A stretch of 64,000 bases of DNA from Candidatus Latescibacterota bacterium (lineage in GTDB: Bacteria > Latescibacterota > UBA2968 > GCA-2709665), in assembly GCA_965226795.1 (NCBI GenBank), contig CBDDDZ010000004.1, positions 672,001-736,000 of the forward strand, given 5' to 3'. The position numbers were made by a program, and so were the translations under genes. This document shows positions 61,345-64,000 of the stretch, piece by piece. Under the pieces are notes generated by a model. The model searched no databases, had not been told where the DNA came from, and worked only from the letters and a program-made list of their open reading frames with translations. Position 1 is the stretch's first letter. Each line of letters begins with the position of its first letter.

Positions 61345-61570
61345 TCAGGCATTGCAACGGATTTTCCCCCAATTTGTTGCGTTATCCGCACCTCCCGAAC
61401 CTTCCCCGATTCTATTTATACTCGCTATTCCGGACCAATAGCGAACGTCCGCACAGTCCGGATGACGACACGACGGATCGCAACGCCTGTCGTTCCCTCG
61501 CGACCAGGGTGTCGGTCACGTGTATCCGTACTGACATGCCGGATGTTTGTGTATTTCAGGAGGCGATGCT

Positions 61571-64000
61571 TTGCATCTTTCCCGACTGACGGCACTGGGC
61601 TTCAAATCCTTCGTACAACAGCTGGATCTTTCACTTCAGAAGGGCATCACATGCGTTGTGGGCCCCAACGGTTGTGGCAAATCGAACGTGGTGGATGCGT
61701 TGCGCTGGGCGCTGGGAGAGCAGCGGGTACGGTCGTTGCGCAGCACCAATATGGAAGATGTGATTTTTTCAGGCACGCGGAACCGGAAACCGCTCGGGAT
61801 GGCGGAAGTTTCGATTACCATTGACAATGCGGAACGGATTCTGCCGGTTGACTATACCGAAGTGACCGTTACCCGCCGGCTGTTTCGATCCGGAGACAGC
61901 GACTATCTGCTGAACAGGGTCCCCTGCCGGTTGAAGGATATCCAGAATCTGCTCATGGATACGGGACTGGGCGCTCACGCATATTCCGTAATAGAGCAGG
62001 GGATGATGGATGAAATCATCAGCGACAAACCCGAGGAACGCCGTCGGCTCTTCGAAGAGGCCGCCGGCGTAACCCGGTATAAGGTACAACGGCGGGCGGC
62101 GTGGAACCGTCTGGAGTCTGTCCAGAGGGATCTGGTGACCTTAGACGCTGTCATGGGTCAAATCGAACGCCAGGTGAACACGCTCGCACGGCAGGAGCGG
62201 AAGGCACGGCTTTACAGACAGCTTTCAGACCAGATGAAGGACCTCGAGGTCCGGCTTGGTCGCTACCGGTTCTTTCAGATGTCCGAAAGATCCCGGCCGG
62301 TTGCGGATGAGGTGGCCTTTCTCAAAGAGGACGTGGAGTTGGCCTCGGGAGATATCGCTCGCCTGGAGGCTCGTCTGGAGGCGGTTCGAACGGAACTGAC
62401 CGAACGGGATCATGCACTCACGGAAGCCAATGCGGCAGTGAGCAGGCAGAGTGGACTGGTGCATCGGAAGCAGACAGAAATCGCGGTAGCGCAGGAGAGA
62501 GTCCGTTCAACCGACGCATTCCTCGAACAGGCGGACCGGCGTCAAGAGGAACTGGCCAGACGGCGGGATATGGCAAGGGAGGAAGCGGCGGCTGTTGCGA
62601 GGCGCGGGACCCAGGCCCAGGAGGCATTGCAACGCGCGGAAGCCGCATTGGAGACGGAACGCAGCGCACTGGAAGCGACGAACCGGGCGCTCGACGAACG
62701 GCGGACCCGCGCCGATGAACAGAAGACGCAATTGTTCCATGCCCTGGGAGAAATCAATCAGCGAAACGGCCGGTTGGAACGCGGACGGGAAAGGCTTGAA
62801 GGAATATCCCAACGCCAGGCCCGGCTGGAAGCCGATGCAAAACAGTCGACGCTCCGTAAAGAGGAGGCTGACGACACCGGTCGGGACGCCGAACGGCAGA
62901 TTGATCGCCTGGTACGGGAGGTTGCCGAACAAAGCGGGCTGAGGGAGACTTACGCGGCTGAATACAGGCGGCTGCACGAAGAACAGGAAAGCATGACGGA
63001 AAAGCGCAGCCTGCTACGGGCTCAACGGGAGGCCGACGGTGCGCGGGTTGGCCTTCTGAAAAAGCTTCGGGAAGGATTCGAAGGGTATTCGGGCGGTGTA
63101 CGCGCGCTGGCGGTCGATTCTCCGTTTGGGGATCGTGTGCGCGGCGTGGTTGCGGACCGGATTGAAGTGGATGTGCGGTATGCGACCGCCATTGAAGCGG
63201 CTCTTGGACGCGCGCTGGAATGTCTGTTAGTGGACGAACCCGCCGATGCGGTGAAGGCTATGGACTACCTGAGATCGGGCGACCGGGGATCGGCGGCGTT
63301 TCTGCCTCTGGATTCCGCTTTCAACGGTAACGGCGTCTCCTGGACGCCGCCGGACGCCGAAGGCGTGGTGGGTAGAGCGTCGGATCTCCTGCGCGGCGAA
63401 GATTCACCCGTTCACGCACTGCTTCACCGGACGCTCGTGGTGGACAACTCGGATAACGCGCTTCCACTTCTTAAAAGAATGCGGCCGCTGGGCGTGGACC
63501 TGGTTACCGAGAAAGGCGAACTGTTTTCGGCCGACGGTACGATATACGGCGGGACGACGGCCGATGGCGGCACGGGACTGATCGGACGCAGGCAGGAGAT
63601 CGAAACGCTGGAAATAAATCTGAACGCCGCCGGCGTCGAACTGGCAACGTTGGATACGGGACTCGAGAACGTCGCCGCATCGATACACGAATTGCAGACC
63701 CGGATCGACGACACGGACGGTATTCTGGCGGACCTGAACAATCGTCTGGCCCAGCATCGCCGGGATCTTCAGGTCGCGCAGGCCGAAGAACAGCGACAGG
63801 TGCGTTTCGAGGCGGAACTACGCGGTGAAATTGCGACGTTGATGGCCGACGAAACCGGACTGAGGGAATCGAACGCTTCCGAGGCCGCGGAATTGGACGT
63901 ACTGGAAAAACGTCGGGAACATTTGGAAACGGCTACGCGTGAGGCGGATGTGGCGCTGCGGGACCGTGATTATCGGCAGCGGGCGGAACAGGACGCGGTC
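61571..64000 (+). CDS. smc: chromosome segregation protein SMC (3' end beyond window; absent from the ORF track)
   Basis: AGGAGG SD then TTG; GFKSF, VGPNGCGKSNVVDA-x-RW-x-LGEQ, VIF-x-G, IEQG and FEEAAG; coiled coil and hinge. Confidence 0.96.
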   Translation, partial: MHLSRLTALGFKSFVQQLDLSLQKGITCVVGPNGCGKSNVVDALRWALGEQRVRSLRSTNMEDVIFSGTRNRKPLGMAEVSITIDNAERILPVDYTEVTVTRRLFRSGDSDYLLNRVPCRLKDIQNLLMDTGLGAHAYSVIEQGMMDEIISDKPEERRRLFEEAAGVTRYKVQRRAAWNRLESVQRDLVTLDAVMGQIERQVNTLARQERKARLYRQLSDQMKDLEVRLGRYRFFQMSERSRPVADEVAFLKEDVELASGDIARLEARLEAVRTELTERDHALTEANAAVSRQSGLVHRKQTEIAVAQERVRSTDAFLEQADRRQEELARRRDMAREEAAAVARRGTQAQEALQRAEAALETERSALEATNRALDERRTRADEQKTQLFHALGEINQRNGRLERGRERLEGISQRQARLEADAKQSTLRKEEADDTGRDAERQIDRLVREVAEQSGLRETYAAEYRRLHEEQESMTEKRSLLRAQREADGARVGLLKKLREGFEGYSGGVRALAVDSPFGDRVRGVVADRIEVDVRYATAIEAALGRALECLLVDEPADAVKAMDYLRSGDRGSAAFLPLDSAFNGNGVSWTPPDAEGVVGRASDLLRGEDSPVHALLHRTLVVDNSDNALPLLKRMRPLGVDLVTEKGELFSADGTIYGGTTADGGTGLIGRRQEIETLEINLNAAGVELATLDTGLENVAASIHELQTRIDDTDGILADLNNRLAQHRRDLQVAQAEEQRQVRFEAELRGEIATLMADETGLRESNASEAAELDVLEKRREHLETATREADVALRDRDYRQRAEQDAV

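Noticed and set aside
61571..64000. Apparent ORF-poor region at the window end
   Set aside because: It is smc, left out of the ORF track because its stop lies beyond the window.

Overview
GC-rich bacterial chromosomal segment, probably from an uncultured FCB-group/Latescibacterota-like organism. That assignment is inference from gene content: a TPR-exbB-exbD-exbD-tonB-TPR block and paralogous ceramidase-like, PhyH and DegT genes. Housekeeping genes (aroE/K/B, menG/ubiE, argS, mnmA, comM, fabV, guaB, tRNA-Thr, cysS, ddl, ispDF, queA, dinG, smc) alternate with catabolic accessory genes and intergenic regions full of small REP-like repeats. The top finding is an M20 amidohydrolase (57110-58432, minus strand). 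The ORF track splits it in two, but it is one reading frame with a single in-frame TGA exactly at the metal-binding Cys of the GHGCGH motif. A bacterial SECIS-like hairpin follows, so it is a candidate selenoprotein. Also notable: a RelA/SpoT homologue with a degenerate synthetase domain, overlapping an exonuclease-DinG gene; a PhyH-family enzyme with an HxG (halogenase-type) motif; an AroA-like protein lacking key catalytic residues; an HNH-like/MmgE-PrpD in-frame chimera; an internally deleted RAYT between inverted REPs; a structured guaB leader; and a 47-bp duplication that frameshifts fabV. No CRISPR array, rRNA or prophage was seen. All calls come from reading motifs by eye; no searches were run.
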